Shown piece after piece: positions 50,271 to 62,980 of a stretch of DNA of 64,000 bases (within the stretch, counting starts at the first letter, position 1; each line of letters begins with the position of its first letter). The notes beneath the pieces were generated by a model. The model was not told where the DNA came from. It saw nothing but the letters and a program-made list of their open reading frames with translations, and made no database searches. Where the stretch lies: contig MU058213.1 in assembly GCA_013265495.1 (NCBI GenBank), positions 7,270,066 to 7,334,065 of the forward strand, written 5' to 3'. The position numbers were made by a program, and so were the translations under genes. This stretch comes from Vicugna vicugna (Eukaryota).

Positions 50271-52665
50271 ACTTACATACTGGGAAAATTTTCCAAATCC
50301 ACCCACACTTACACCTAGGCCAAGTTTCTTGTATTCCTTCCTATTCAGTTTCCTCATGTCACCTGGAAGAGCCGGGAGAGAATGGAAGACAAGATGGGAA
50401 CCCTGAGTTTGGGGAGAGGGAAGCGGAGGCGGTGCGGAGACAGACACTACCACTGAGCTTCATGTGGTGCGGGCAGCTCCGCCGTCAGCTGCTGAGCCAG
50501 GAGACAACCGAGTGCCCGAGATAGGAGCTGACGGATTTTGAAAACATAGTCAGTGTGCTCAGGTCATCCTTACCTACAGCCAGAACCTTTAGCAAAGAGC
50601 TAAAAAAGTGCACAGAAAATATTAGATCTTAGAGGAACTTCCTGTACCTATAACAGTATTACCATGTTTTCTGATGCACTTTCTTCTGCCTTCTCCCTAG
50701 CTCATTTAGAAGTCAGTGTTAAAAAGAGAGAGAGAGAGAGAGAGACATAAAGATTGCTACTATGATGTAGTTACGGCCTTGCACGCATACTTGATGCATA
50801 TAAAAGCCTTTAGTTTCCCTGCCGTGAGGTCACAGATTCAATCTGGTGTTTGTGAAGTGGTGCCATGAAGGAACTGAGACTAAACAAAATATGTATTAAA
50901 TGACAGTGAAAAATCCCAAAGCCTGGGGTCTAGAGAACATTTTCAGTACTGTGAGTGTATTATTTCCAAAAAGGATACTAGAATGCCCCCACCTTTTAGT
51001 AAGCTTTTTCTCAAAGTGCAACATCCACACAGAAATAGGCCGAAGTTATAAATGTAATAAGCTTGATATATTTCACTCTCAGACCAAGCCCCCAGCCCCC
51101 AAAAATGCCTTTTGGTTTTTAAGAGTTTTCTAGGCCTGGGTCGAAACCACTGAATCCTGCAAAACTTAAGGTATAACATTTCCTATTTTAAGTTCAGTTA
51201 GCAGGAATATGCTAGAAATTTAATAAAATGCAATGCCAAAAAGAGCCATTTTACTTCAAAGAGGATGAATTATCTTAGAAATTTGGAGGAAGTCTTGTTT
51301 TCTTTCGAACCGCGAAGTGGCAGGCAGTTAATTTTCCAACCCTTCGTACAAAGGTGAGGGCTCCACCTTCCCCACCGCCTTGCTAAACAAAGAGGTCGCC
51401 ATCTTTGTTCCCTCTCCCTCCACTCCCATCCCCACCATCCCTCCCATCATCACTGTGTGTTGTTCTGAAACGAGGCCCTCTCACCCTCCTTAGCCCGCCT
51501 GATTTTGGGCAGATCCAACAGGAAATGAGGTGCCCGTTCCTAGCTCTGGGCCATTGCACAACCTCTGTTTACACAGTGAGTGCATTTCAGCCTAACCTTT
51601 AACTGGCTAATAAGACCGTGCCAGGAGCGAGGTATCCAGATACTCTGACCCTGAGCTGGCTCTGGGGCCACCCACTCTTAGTTATGAGAGTCAGGAGCAA
51701 GACCTTGGCAATGCAGGATGTGCCAAAAAGCATTTGCTCCCACGCTACTGACAGCTTGGTGATCAGAAACCAAACGGAATCAAGACCTGCATGCCCCTTG
51801 TTTGATAACAACAAAGAGGTCGATGGCCCAGCGACAAAGGGCAATGTAAACGTCTGTGTGTTGGATGCCAACAAAGCGATTATAAAATTAAGGACCAGTA
51901 TTTGAGCACTGCTTTCTAACTGCACATTATTTTTCACAAGAAGTTTCAGGAAAGGTTGGACTTTCATATATTTAATTAGTATAATGGAACTGATTCTGCC
52001 AAGCGCATCTGAAGTTAGTCAAAGGCTTGCCTTCTTGTCACATTCTAAATGCCAGTGGTTATCTGGGCAGAACTCCTCTCTCTTGGAGAAGGTCTAAGGG
52101 GACGTGAATGACAACGCTCAGGTGAAGGTACCCACCACTTGGGTGGTGGCAGGACCCCAAAGGCGATCCATCACCACACACAGCAACAAAATTCCCCAAA
52201 GCACCCATACTAGTGGCAAAAATCTCCTAGCTACCAGGAGTTGGAATAGCTCTGGAAGTTGTACCAGTCATATAAACTATTTTTTCCTTAGTGGAAGTCC
52301 AAACTGAAAAGACAAACAGCAGTAATTTACTACTACTTTTTCTAATGTGGGTTCAGATGATTAAAGATAAAAATCGTAAAGCCTCCAAAAACCACAATTT
52401 TATGCCAATCCTCTGTTTTATTAAAAAAGAAAACAACAAAAATGTAGCCATCAGCGATGGTCTCCAATGGTCATCAAAGAAGACGACACTATAAAGAAAC
52501 TGGGGTTTAGAAAATTTATTCTTGAATTCGTCTTTGAAAAAAGTGCTTAGTTTAATACCTAACTCGTGGTCCATCGCATAAATCTGCCTAAAATTAAAGT
52601 CCCTTCTACTGTTTACCTTGTGTTTTGTCACAAAATTGTCTTTGTCTCCTAGAGGAAACTGTAGA

Positions 52666-54290
52666 GAGCAGTTCTCAAACTTTTGGTGTCTGGATTATTT
52701 CATGCTCTTAAAAGAGCCTCTGTTTATGTGGGCTACGTATCAAAAATTATTGTACAAGGAAGGAAAACTGAGAACATTTAATGATGTTTGTTTATAACTA
52801 ATTTTAAAACAACAGTGATACATTCATTATATATTAACATAGAGCATTTTAATGAAAAATTAATAAAGTTTCAAAACAAAAAGGTTAATAAGAAAATGCC
52901 ATGATTTTTGCTTCTTTAATCTCTGGCTTAATAGAAGACAGGCAGATTCAGTCAGTTGTCTCCTTTTAGTTGAAGTATGTGAAGAAAATCTGGCCTCACA
53001 CAAATACGCAGCTGGAAAAGGGAGGAGCCTTTTAACAGCCTTTTCAGAGAATTTTGTATTTTCTTCTTTAATAATACACCAAAAGTCAACAAGCGGTAGT
53101 TCTGTAAAGGTTAGCTGGAATATGGAACCTAAAACCTTATCAGTAATTTTTTGGACTTGGTTAAATTCAGATATACTGGTCTACTTCATTCTTTGAATGA
53201 CTCTTTTACACCCATGCATATTTTTACAATAGCATGCATTGGTCACTTGGAAACTATTCATTCAATGATTTATGTAGCTCTTCCAGATGTTGACATATTG
53301 CATTATCAAATTTCATTACCAAATGTGATTATATCAAGCAATCACATTCATTGATATCACCACCTACATCATCAGAAAACTGCATCTATTTATTTATGTT
53401 ATTGAAGTATAGTTGATTTACAATGTTGCATTAATTTCAGGTTAACAGCAAAGTGATTCAGTTTTGTATATATTTATATTCCTTTTCATATTCATGGTTT
53501 ATTATAAGATAATGAATATAGTTCTCTGTGTTATATAGTAAGACATTATTGTTTATCTGTCTTATACATAGTAGCTTATATCTGCTAATCCCAAATTCCT
53601 AATTTATCCCTTCCGGGAGAAAGTTCTTTATATATTGAGATGCTGGCAAGTTCATGGATTGGGATACAAGTGTTTCAAAAATTCTAATATTTGCCTGAAA
53701 GCTTGAACTTATTGGCAGGAAATACTGTCAACTATTTTTCTTGAAATGATGGGCGGACTTGGTTCCTTTTTGAGAAAACCCATGACATATACCTCTGTCT
53801 AAAGCACCACAGTCAGTCGCTCTAGTAAGCAAAATGGCATTCCATTCAAAAAGCAGCCTGTTCAGCTCTTAACTCAAACAGCGGCCCGAGTACTTTTCCC
53901 TGGAGATAACCACCCTCCTTCGGTGGGGAGCAGAGTGCTTTGTGTGCTTTCTCTCTGCTTCCCATTTTGTCAAAAAGACTTGTACTCCAGGGTCAAAATT
54001 TAATAAGCTTCATAATTTTTACTGCTTCATCAGGACAGTAATGGACTTGGTAATGTTTTGTTACCAGCAAGTCCACAGTCATAGCGAACATGAGCACTGC
54101 CTTGATTCCCGCCAAGGTGCCAGGAGTTCTACCCACCAAAGCTTTGGCGCTATTCACGCTGACGGTCCACACAGTAAGGAGGGGAAATCGTGCGTTAGTG
54201 TTGCTACTCAAATGGTTTTAATCTCTTGGGACCCCTCAAAGGGCCTTGGGGACCCCTGGGAGGGGGCAGATCACAGAAGGAGGACCACTG
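52666..54290 (-). mobile_element. Charlie1a-like hAT DNA transposon, near full length, split by an L1 fragment
   Basis: Ends gagcagttctcaaacttttgg... and ...ggacccctggg...gaggaccactg; internal tgaagtatgtgaagaaaatctggcctcacac, ctggcttaatagaagacag and tttttactgcttcatcagga typical of Charlie1; about 1.4 kb without the insert. Confidence 0.85.
53386..53614 (-). mobile_element. L1 3' UTR fragment nested in Charlie1
   Basis: ttattgaagtatagttgatttacaatgttg...tatctgctaatcccaaattcctaatttatcccttcc. Confidence 0.9.
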
Positions 54291-57290
54291 CTGCAGAGGA
54301 CAGTACCCATATAAATCCACCCTCTAATCTGTTCAATGCTTGTGCCCTTGTAGGCTTCACGTAAAGAAGATTTAAAAGGTTTATTTCTGTCTCCACATTC
54401 CTGCCCTCCCCACTTAAAAAAAATTCCATTGTGGCAATTCAACATAAACTGTGTATACAGAACAAAGACACTGCAGTACTCTGGATTTCATCCGCATTTT
54501 CCTCCCTAACAAAGAAAGCTACTCGAACAAGCTATTGGGGAAGACTACCATGAGCTACAGGAAATACGACATGCTCAGTCTGCCCTTAATCCCATCTAAC
54601 TCCCAACCCTCCCAACCCTTTCACTTTGGGGGTCTTTTGGATTAGCTCTTAGTAGTGTCCTCGGAAATAATTGGGTGTCCTAATTCAGCCACATGCAAAT
54701 TAATGCTCCCCTAAAGAGGCCTTATTATAATTTCCAACCCTTGATGTCTACATTATCCCCTATAGTTCTTTAACTTCTTGCTTTCGAACTTCTGTTTACC
54801 GATGCACTACTTTTGTCAGCTCAGTACAGCATCAATTAGCAACATAGTTGTGTTTATCAGGTCTCACTAGAGCGCTGAGAACGCTGCTTTGTATTTATTA
54901 ATGACTACACAGAGCGCTACTATTTTTCAATAGCATTTAAAAATGAGTAAATTACTGAAGACGAACTATAAAAGAATTTCAAATTTCAAAGGCAAGCAAA
55001 AAAAAAAAGCACATTATTTCAAACCACCCATAATACTTGCATGGTTAATTTTATTTCCAATTTAATAACAAGAGAGGAGGGGAGGGAGTCAAATCCAGAC
55101 TCTTCTTCCTGTTCTGTTTTTGGCATTCTGGAGTATACACCATTTGACTTAGACAACTGAGGCAGAGAGCTGGTGATTAATTAAGAGCCAGTTTAACAGG
55201 TCTAAATTTCATTATCTCACACACCTCTTTAAGTAATGCACACCTGATTCAGCAAAAATCCACCCACAAGACTAATTTAAAAAAAAAAATTAAAAGCAAG
55301 CGAGAGAGAGAGAGAAAGAGAGCAGAAAGTATAACTCCACAAACTTAGGTCCAGTTTTATGTCAAGCATAATTCAAAACAACCAACTTGAAACGTATCCA
55401 ATTTGCACTCCCTTATTTTGTGAATAATTCCCTGCACTCTATTCCGTGAACTTAGAGCTGCCGGCGCGCTGGAACAGAATTCACTACTTAAGGAAATGAG
55501 AGAGACCAATCTCTCCTGTGATGAATCTTTCCTAACCAAACTTAGAGTGATGGGGAGCAACCACAGAGCTCATTTGCCCTCCTTTTATATTCCTGGTCAT
55601 TTATGAAATGAAGACGCTGATCTGCAAAAATCACTTTGCATTCAAGAAAGAGCTCTGGGAGCTCCCCCTGAGCATCTGGCTACGAGGCAGAAACATACCT
55701 CGGTGCACTTCCTTTGTCTTGCGCTCCCTCTTTGATGTGCAAGTCACTGGTGGAGTAAGCTGTGATCGCTTTGATGTTGAACTTCTAGACTTTATTGTTA
55801 CTAGCATGCCTACAAGGAGAGCTGTCAGTCATTTCTTACATCTGAACAACCATGTTTCTTTACGGCACCTCTTTTACAAGCATCAATCCTTAAGTACATG
55901 TTTTTGCATTTCTGCTGATTAGCACACTATCTTTGTTTGGGGAGGGATGTGCTCAAATGTAACTACAGCACCCACATTTTCTGTAAACACCCTGAGGCGT
56001 CATCAGATGGCTGGTAACCAACCCTCTTCCACAAGAGAAGCTTGAGAGCAAAACATATTTCTACCAAATGAAAACATTCTGAAAACACTCGAGCCATCTT
56101 AACAGTCAAAATGAGGCGTTTAGCCAATATTTCCCCTAAGCAGCCATTGAAATCACACGCAAACTCCCAAGCCACTTTAAAAGGGATTCTGAATGCAGCA
56201 GTAGGGGGCTGAGAAAGTCTGCCAAAACTTTGAGACATCTTAACTCATATTAAACAACTTTGTTTCTCTGCAGTGGTGAAAACAAAACACTTCTGTTCCA
56301 CATGATTATGCCTGTGATAGAAACATTGCTTTTGAAATAGATTTCTACCAAACCAATTATTTTGTTAAACAGTATCATCTTTAGAAGGTGCTTGCTATCA
56401 CGAACACAACTTAAGTCACAGGAAGATGGCGTTCCCCAATTTTACGTCTAAGGCGAACACATGGATGCACATCAACGTGTGTCCTATTTCTGAAATAAAC
56501 ACGTGTAAAGTCGCCAATATGCTCATCCTAAAAAACAGAACAAAACTCTGTTGAAAAACACACGGCTCTAATTTCATTTACTAGCTACCATCAGATTGAC
56601 TTTTCAAACTCCTTTATCACTTCTGGAACTGCTGAGTATTATCAAACCCCAATGGGAGATTTCACACAAAAAAAGGAAATAAAGTTAAGGTGCTTGCATC
56701 ACACCATGCTCGTTTATAACGAACTGCTATCTTCCTGAATAAATGTTTCAATAAAACCCAAGTTCTTACAGACACAAGGGCTCAAATGAAGAAGTACAAG
56801 GATATTTTCATGGAAGAGCTCAGCTCTGTAGTTTTCTTTTATAAGCTGGAAACACAGGAGACACACTGTTTCTGCTTACAACCGGAAACAATAAATTGGG
56901 AGTTGCTCAGTTTCTTCAGCTTTCTGGCCTGGAATATTTAGTAAGGAATGAAATTACCGTAGTGTGCAATGGTTAAGACTATTCCAGGGTTTCCATTTTT
57001 AAGCAACCTCCCGACCCCTAGCTGCCTTGGTTTTAACTCAACCATCAAAAATGGAAAAGGCTTTGGGCTAGAATTTGATAAATAAGGTACAACTGTAATG
57101 TACTAGAACTAAGTCTGGGCATATTTATTATTTAACGAAATTTTTCTTATACTTAAAGTTATTTAAATAATTGGCAAAAAGTAATCACCTCTTTCTCCCT
57201 TGAATTTTCACTCCCAAAAGGAACTGATCAGCTGATTGAGGCAGCTACAGCAATTAGAGGATGAGACAAGAAGCCAGACCTTTTCTTTTT

Positions 57291-57595
57291 CCCTTCTTTC
57301 CTTCCTTCCTTGCTCTTTTCTTTTACTGCAGTGCAGTCAGTTTACAATATTGTGTCAATTTCTGTTGTACAGCCTAATGGTTCAGTCATACATGTACATA
57401 TATATATTATTTTTCATATTCTTTTTCATCATAGGTTACTACAAGATATTGAATATAGTTCCCTGTGCTACACAGTAGAAATGTTGTTTATCTATTTTAT
57501 ACACAGTAGTTAGTACCTGCTAATCTTGAACTCCTAATTTATCCCTTCCAACCCCCTTTCCCCTCCGACAACCGTAAGTTTGTTTTCTATGTGAG
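57291..57595 (-). mobile_element. L1 3' UTR fragment (3' half of a SINE-L1 composite)
   Basis: cagtcagtttacaatattgtgtcaatttctg...acaagatattgaatatagttccctgtgctacacagtag...ctcctaatttatcccttcc...taagtttgttttctatgtgag. Confidence 0.9.
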
Positions 57596-57599
57596 AAGG

Positions 57600-57752
57600 C
57601 TGTTGTTGTTTTTTGGTTTTTTTTGTTTGTTTTGTTATTATTTTTTTGGTGGGAGCAGGTCCATTTATTTATTTTAACGGAGGTACTGGGGATTGAACCC
57701 AGGACCTCATGCATGCTAAGCATGCACTCTTTCATGGAGCTATACCCTCCCC
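57600..57752 (-). mobile_element. Vic-1-type SINE (5' half of a SINE-L1 composite)
   Basis: ggaggtactggggattgaacccaggacctcatgcatgctaagcatgcactct...gagctataccctcccc with a T-rich (reverse A) tail. Confidence 0.92.
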
Positions 57753-58013
57753 TTAGACCTTTTTCTGTTTTAAGAGAAAGATTTTCATAAAATGGGAAAG
57801 CTGGAGAAATTCACACTGGCTATCAAGTCTAACCCTCTAATTTTACAAATGGGGAAAGTGAGCAATCAAGGCAACCTGGCAGTTGTTGAGTAACAGATGT
57901 GGGACGAGAACCCACGTCTTCTCCCACCCTACACAGGGGGGTTTCCACCATCCAATGCTGCGACCCTGCGCTGGAGATGGGTGACTCACATGTAAAGAAA
58001 GGGTGTTGGACTT

Positions 58014-58162
58014 CAGAGGTTTCTCAACCAGAACCATCTGGACAGCTTTCAAAAATTACCAATATACTTGAGACCCATCTCAGACCAATAAAATCAGAGC
58101 GTCTAAGAGTGAAGCCTGGGCTTGTGTTTTTTCCGAAAGCTCTCTGGAGAGTCTTATTTGCA
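58014..58162. mobile_element. MER5-like hAT-Charlie relic
   Basis: cagaggtttctcaacc...cagaccaataaaatcagagcgtct...tttgcagaccaggctgaggact. Confidence 0.6.
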
Positions 58163-59225
58163 GACCAGGCTGAGGACTAAGAGACCAGATGACCTCTAAA
58201 CTCCCTTCTGGGTCTACTGCAGAATGTTCGCCACCGGTTCGAAAGAATTCTTGGATTTCATTCCCTGCTGTTCATTCATCAGGCCATCAGCACTTTTAAG
58301 CCATTACAATCTTTATGTTGGCCGAGCTGCTGTCACTTTCCGCATTTATCTAGTTCATTTATATGCATACGTAGGTATTATCTACCTCCTCTCACCAGAA
58401 CACAGCCTGGCAGAGACAAGAGATGGAGTCTGCTGTGTTTGCCCCCAAAGAACCCAGCAACACATCTGCTCCAATGATGGGTCATGGTACCGCCATTTTC
58501 CAAAGAAGAAGGGGGCTGAAGTGGTGGTGTGGAAGGGGGTCGGCCCTCCTCAGCATCAGCCAGAGCAGCTCCACTTTTGTCTGTTTCACCAGACTCGACT
58601 CAAGTTGCACGAAGGCAGTGCTGCGTCTGCCTCATTCAGACTGCACCACGTGGGCAGATACACACCAGGCTCTGAGAAATGCCATCTTGTAAGTAGGAAA
58701 CATTCACAAGCTTGCAGGGCTCTAAAACCTAGACTTTGTTGCTGAAAAAAGGCAACAAAGAAAAGGCATCACTGTTTCTACCAGAGTTGGCCTTGACGTC
58801 CGAGGCACAGTCCCCAGCCTGCCCCCACTGGCTGGCCTCCGGGGCTCACTGAGGGCTAGAAGGCCAGATCTGTCTTGGGCAAGATTTATGCAGAAAAGGA
58901 ATACAGCACTGGGAAAGCATCCCAGGCACCTCCAGCACCAAAGCAGCCTCAGGGTCTTCTCCTTTTTGGGCCACTTGGGGTAACAGGTTAGATGTCTGCC
59001 TGTTTCTTCCTACACACGATAGAAAGGCCAGAAATAATCCGCAGAATATCTCAAATGTGTTAGTAACATCCAAACAAGAGCGGACACTGCTCATGGTGGG
59101 CACCGCTCCCACTTTAAAAGGAGACTGCAGTGGACCCGAAGGAAGGCTCGTGGTCACCTTAATATCACTGACCTTGTGAGCTTCCTTCCCTCCCTAGTTA
59201 AGAGGAGAGGGAGGGTTGGACCAGA

Positions 59226-59412
59226 GCAGCAGATTCTAAGCCTGTCAGATCCGCAGTCACCAAGGTGAGCATTGACCAATTCAAATTCTTTGACCTCTCC
59301 CCAGACCATAGGAATCAGGATCCGTGCAGGTGGTGATGCACAGAGATCAGGCATTTATGTTTTAAATGCTTCCCGGCTGACTGTGAAGATCAGTGACATT
59401 TGGGAACCACTG
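59226..59412. mobile_element. MER5-like hAT-Charlie relic
   Basis: ccccagaccataggaatcagga...tttatgttttaaatgcttcccggctgactgtga...tttgggaaccactg. Confidence 0.6.
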
Positions 59413-61348
59413 AGAGGTTAGAGGACCCCGCAGCCCGTCCGAGCTCCGACAGGCAAGGAGGAGGTTTCACAGAGGGACCGCAGGGGACCATCTGAATTGG
59501 AAACACCCGGAACACCTTGTGACTACTTGCCTTTCTGGGTCAGGAAGGCTAGACAGACAGAATCAGGGTCTCCCCAGGGGGGACCCAGGAATCTGCGTTT
59601 GTAACTCTCCGGTTTATGGGTTGCCCTCCAGAGTTTCAGAACCACCGCTTAGGCAGGATTTGAGAGCTAACCTATGGCTTATTTGGAAGGAAATCATGTT
59701 CACACATAAATATAAGGATTAACTTTATCCAATTACATTAACAATTTTGTAACAGCGTGTTACAAAATCTCCTTTGTTTTAAATGGCACGGAGCTCACAG
59801 AAACTACAAACCTATAAGCTCAGTAGTCTTGAAGCAGGCTTCTCTGGTTAAGCGTGGCTGCCAGTTTCTCAGTGCATTTCTTTAAATGCTGATTCATGGC
59901 TTAAGAGACACGGTTGGGAGCAAGGCGTCTTTGTTCTATTATAAAAGCACACAGGTGGCACCCAAATAACCCAGCACACAGTAGGCACTTAATAAGTATT
60001 TGCTGAAACAAATTTATTTAGTTATTTATAACCAGTGTTCTACAGAAGATTTGACTGCAGAGAAATAAAAGAAGAAAAGAACCCCAACAATTGAAAAATG
60101 AAAATAAGATTCTGTGAAAAAGAGAGTATTTCTCATGTGGTGGAAGAGTCACACTTCTGGGTGGCGCAGTTTGAAAAACGGTTTGCTTCAATAACTGATC
60201 TGAAACCTAACCACAAGTCTTCACTTCTGAACCACTACCTTAGTTCTATGATGAAAAGGTTTAAGCAGCAGGTTTTCCTGGCTTTTTTATTTCCCCCTTC
60301 CTTGTTTTTCACTTAAAGATGCAATTTCATCTTTCCAGCAGGAACAAATAAGCACTGTCCTCCTTTAAAATCTGGTGACTACCTGTCATTATTATCACCC
60401 TGGTTATTCTGGCTCAGCTCAGAAGGCTCGACTCCTTGAGCAATGCAAACTTCATGTAAACCTCCATTCTCCTTTCTCCTGTAGCATCAGTGACAAATGA
60501 TATTTTGAAAAAGGAAGAGCAACACTTATTTATTTGATTCCCATGCAAAAATCAGCTTGTGTCATGATTGTTTCACACTTGACCTATCACCGAAACCTAA
60601 GCACACAATTCACCAGTGTTATCTATTTATCCTAAAAGTTACACTAACAGATGCTTATCTCCACTTCGTGCAATGTTTTAAAGTATTAGCGACATAATGT
60701 TCAAAAAACCCGTGTAACATGTACTTGATTTCTTCGGCAAATTGTGTATACCTAAGTGAATAAAATGGTCTCACCATTAAGTCTGCATAAACCAGGGGGT
60801 TAATAGTTGTGCATCCGTTTAAAAATTGTCTTCTTGCCAGAAAGAGCTATGGTAGTTTACATCTTTCTAAAGGTTCACTTAAAAAAAAAAAGCTTTAGAT
60901 TTAAAAAGGGAAAATGCTGAATTTCTCTGATCAAAATGACTGATAATCTGTTTTTAAAAATATTTGAGGGCAGAGGAATAGAATTGAGGTTGAAACTCTA
61001 AAAAAAAAAATTACAAGGATTACCACGAAGGTCATCATTGTTTACTCACAAACCAAATCTCACTTACTTATTCAAATTTCATATGGATCCAAAGAGAATT
61101 TATACATCAGTTTTAATCTAGCTTAAGTTAAAAAAAAATTCCCTCATTTCCTTCCAAGCAAACTTTTAAAATTCATTATCTCCTCACAGATACATTTCTA
61201 GTAACCATGCAAAACAGTAAGTCACAGTTTTGAATCTGATGTAGAACGCCTCACAGCAATCGAGAAAATAACTCAACCTTTGACCTTCTCCACTAGCCTG
61301 ATGGGAAATTCACTGGCACCATTAAAGCTTCTCCCTTTCCACGCGTAC

Positions 61349-61368
61349 TTAACCACTAGAGGGCAGTC
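61349..61368 (+). promoter_or_regulatory. Candidate CTCF site
   Basis: ttaaCCACTAGAGGGCAGtc matches the CTCF core CCACYAGRKGGCR and lies in non-repetitive sequence. Confidence 0.6.
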
Positions 61369-61497
61369 TTATCTCAGCGCTGACACTACTTGAGGAAAAC
61401 TCATAAATGCTTCTTATGTTCCTTTAATTATTTTTTTCAACATCTTTGATTTTCTTGGATATTTAATAATCAACTTCGGTTCACCCAAAAGTATTCC

Positions 61498-61508
61498 TAA
61501 CTAGGTCA
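61498..61508 (+). promoter_or_regulatory. Consensus RORE motif
   Basis: TAACTAGGTCA matches WAWNTRGGTCA. Motif match only. Confidence 0.4.
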
Positions 61509-61944
61509 AAAGTCCACTTTCACAAATTACAATGGTATCACAAAGGCTGGCCGTGAGATGGCTTTAAAGATACAGCCTAACTTATGTAGCTTAAAAAAAT
61601 TTAAACAAAATTTAAAATCTTTACTCTTTACTACCTGGTGGGTTGAGACGGATCCGATTCAATCACACCACAACAAGGACTTGGGTTCTACTTTTGGTAC
61701 AAAAATTTCAAGAGGTTCTAGACAAACTGAAGGATGTCTGAGGAAGAAACACACTTCAAGATTGTGGGAAAGCTGACCCTGAAGAGAACAGAGTGGAGAA
61801 GGACGGCCAAGACTGATGGGGGTGTGTGTGCTTCATACTTAGTCTTCAAATAACTGATGATGTTTCATATGAAGGATGGATTAAATGTGTTGTACCCAGA
61901 CCCAAAAGAAAGGCTCAGAATCAAGGGATTAAAAGTACAAAAGA

Positions 61945-62080
61945 GAGGCTTATGCTTCATATAAGAAGAATTTTCTTATTCAGGATGGAATGAGCTTCCT
62001 TGAGCGAGAGTGAGCTCCCCATCATGGGAGGTGTTCAAGCATAACCAGACAACCATTTGGCAGGAATGCTGTGGAGAGGA
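61945..62080 (+). mobile_element. L3/CR1 LINE 3' fragment
   Basis: tataagaagaattttct...ggaatgagcttccttgagcgagagtgagctccccatcatgggaggtgttcaagc...atgctgtggagagga. Confidence 0.65.
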
Positions 62081-62809
62081 ACCAAAGCCAATAGGGCGTG
62101 CATCTGAATGACATTTCAGGTTTCTTCTCTCCCTGAGACTCTATGAAATGATGCTCATTTTCTTGAGGCAAATACAACTCAATCCAGTTGCCAGAGAAAT
62201 AAACCCCCATCAAGGGAGAAATGAGCTTTTGCAGATCCATCTCCTCGGAAACTTTGACTCGTCGTGTGATTTTCTAAAAGACAACAGATTTCTCAAGAAT
62301 ACGCCCATGATCATGCCCCGTAGCTGTCATGGAAACAAGCCGGACAGCACTCAAGCCCAAGGATTCATGAGCTTTCTAGCCACAGAGGGATATTAAATGT
62401 ACAAGACGCATTTGTGAATACTCCCTTTGCCTACAGATAACTGGAACACATAGAGATAAGACTCTAGCTCAATTCTATCATAATGGGGATAGGTTACACA
62501 GGTTAGCTGCACCTCATGGTACATTCCATATTCTTTAGGAAAGTGACGCTTACATTTCACCCAGACCCTCTTACAACAAGCAGACTTAATGAAAATCATG
62601 GACGAAGAGAGCTAATGGTAAGCAAATAAGAATAACCCCATTTGTACCAAATTGATTTTATTAAATAGTAATTTAAAGATATTAGGCTCAGCAAAGCATT
62701 GCATAATTGAATCTATTTTTTTCCCCTTATAAATGCCAGAGTTATAATTTCCACTAACTAGAGACAAAGTTAGATCCGGGACATGGTCACAGCTTCCTCC
62801 AGGGGAGGC

Positions 62810-62980
62810 AGCATGAAGACAGTAGAAATTAGGGCTCTAGTCCTGGCTTCACCGTGTTAACAGCTGGACGAGCTTGGCTGTGACACATAACCCCTGCGAG
62901 CTGCAACTAAAAACCATGACGGTGCCAGTGACTTTTCAGGGAGGGTTACATGAGACAAGAATGTCTGCAAGCTGTACAGC
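62810..62980 (+). mobile_element. MIR SINE fragment
   Basis: gggctctagtcctggcttcaccgtgttaacagctggacgagcttggctgtgacacataacccc. Confidence 0.5.

Noticed and set aside
53942..54364. 140-aa ORF in the Charlie1 element as a transposase
   Set aside because: It is antisense to the inferred element orientation, and the element is a decayed non-autonomous derivative.
58224..58745. 173-aa ORF (+)
   Set aside because: No recognisable homology or splice structure; consistent with a chance ORF.
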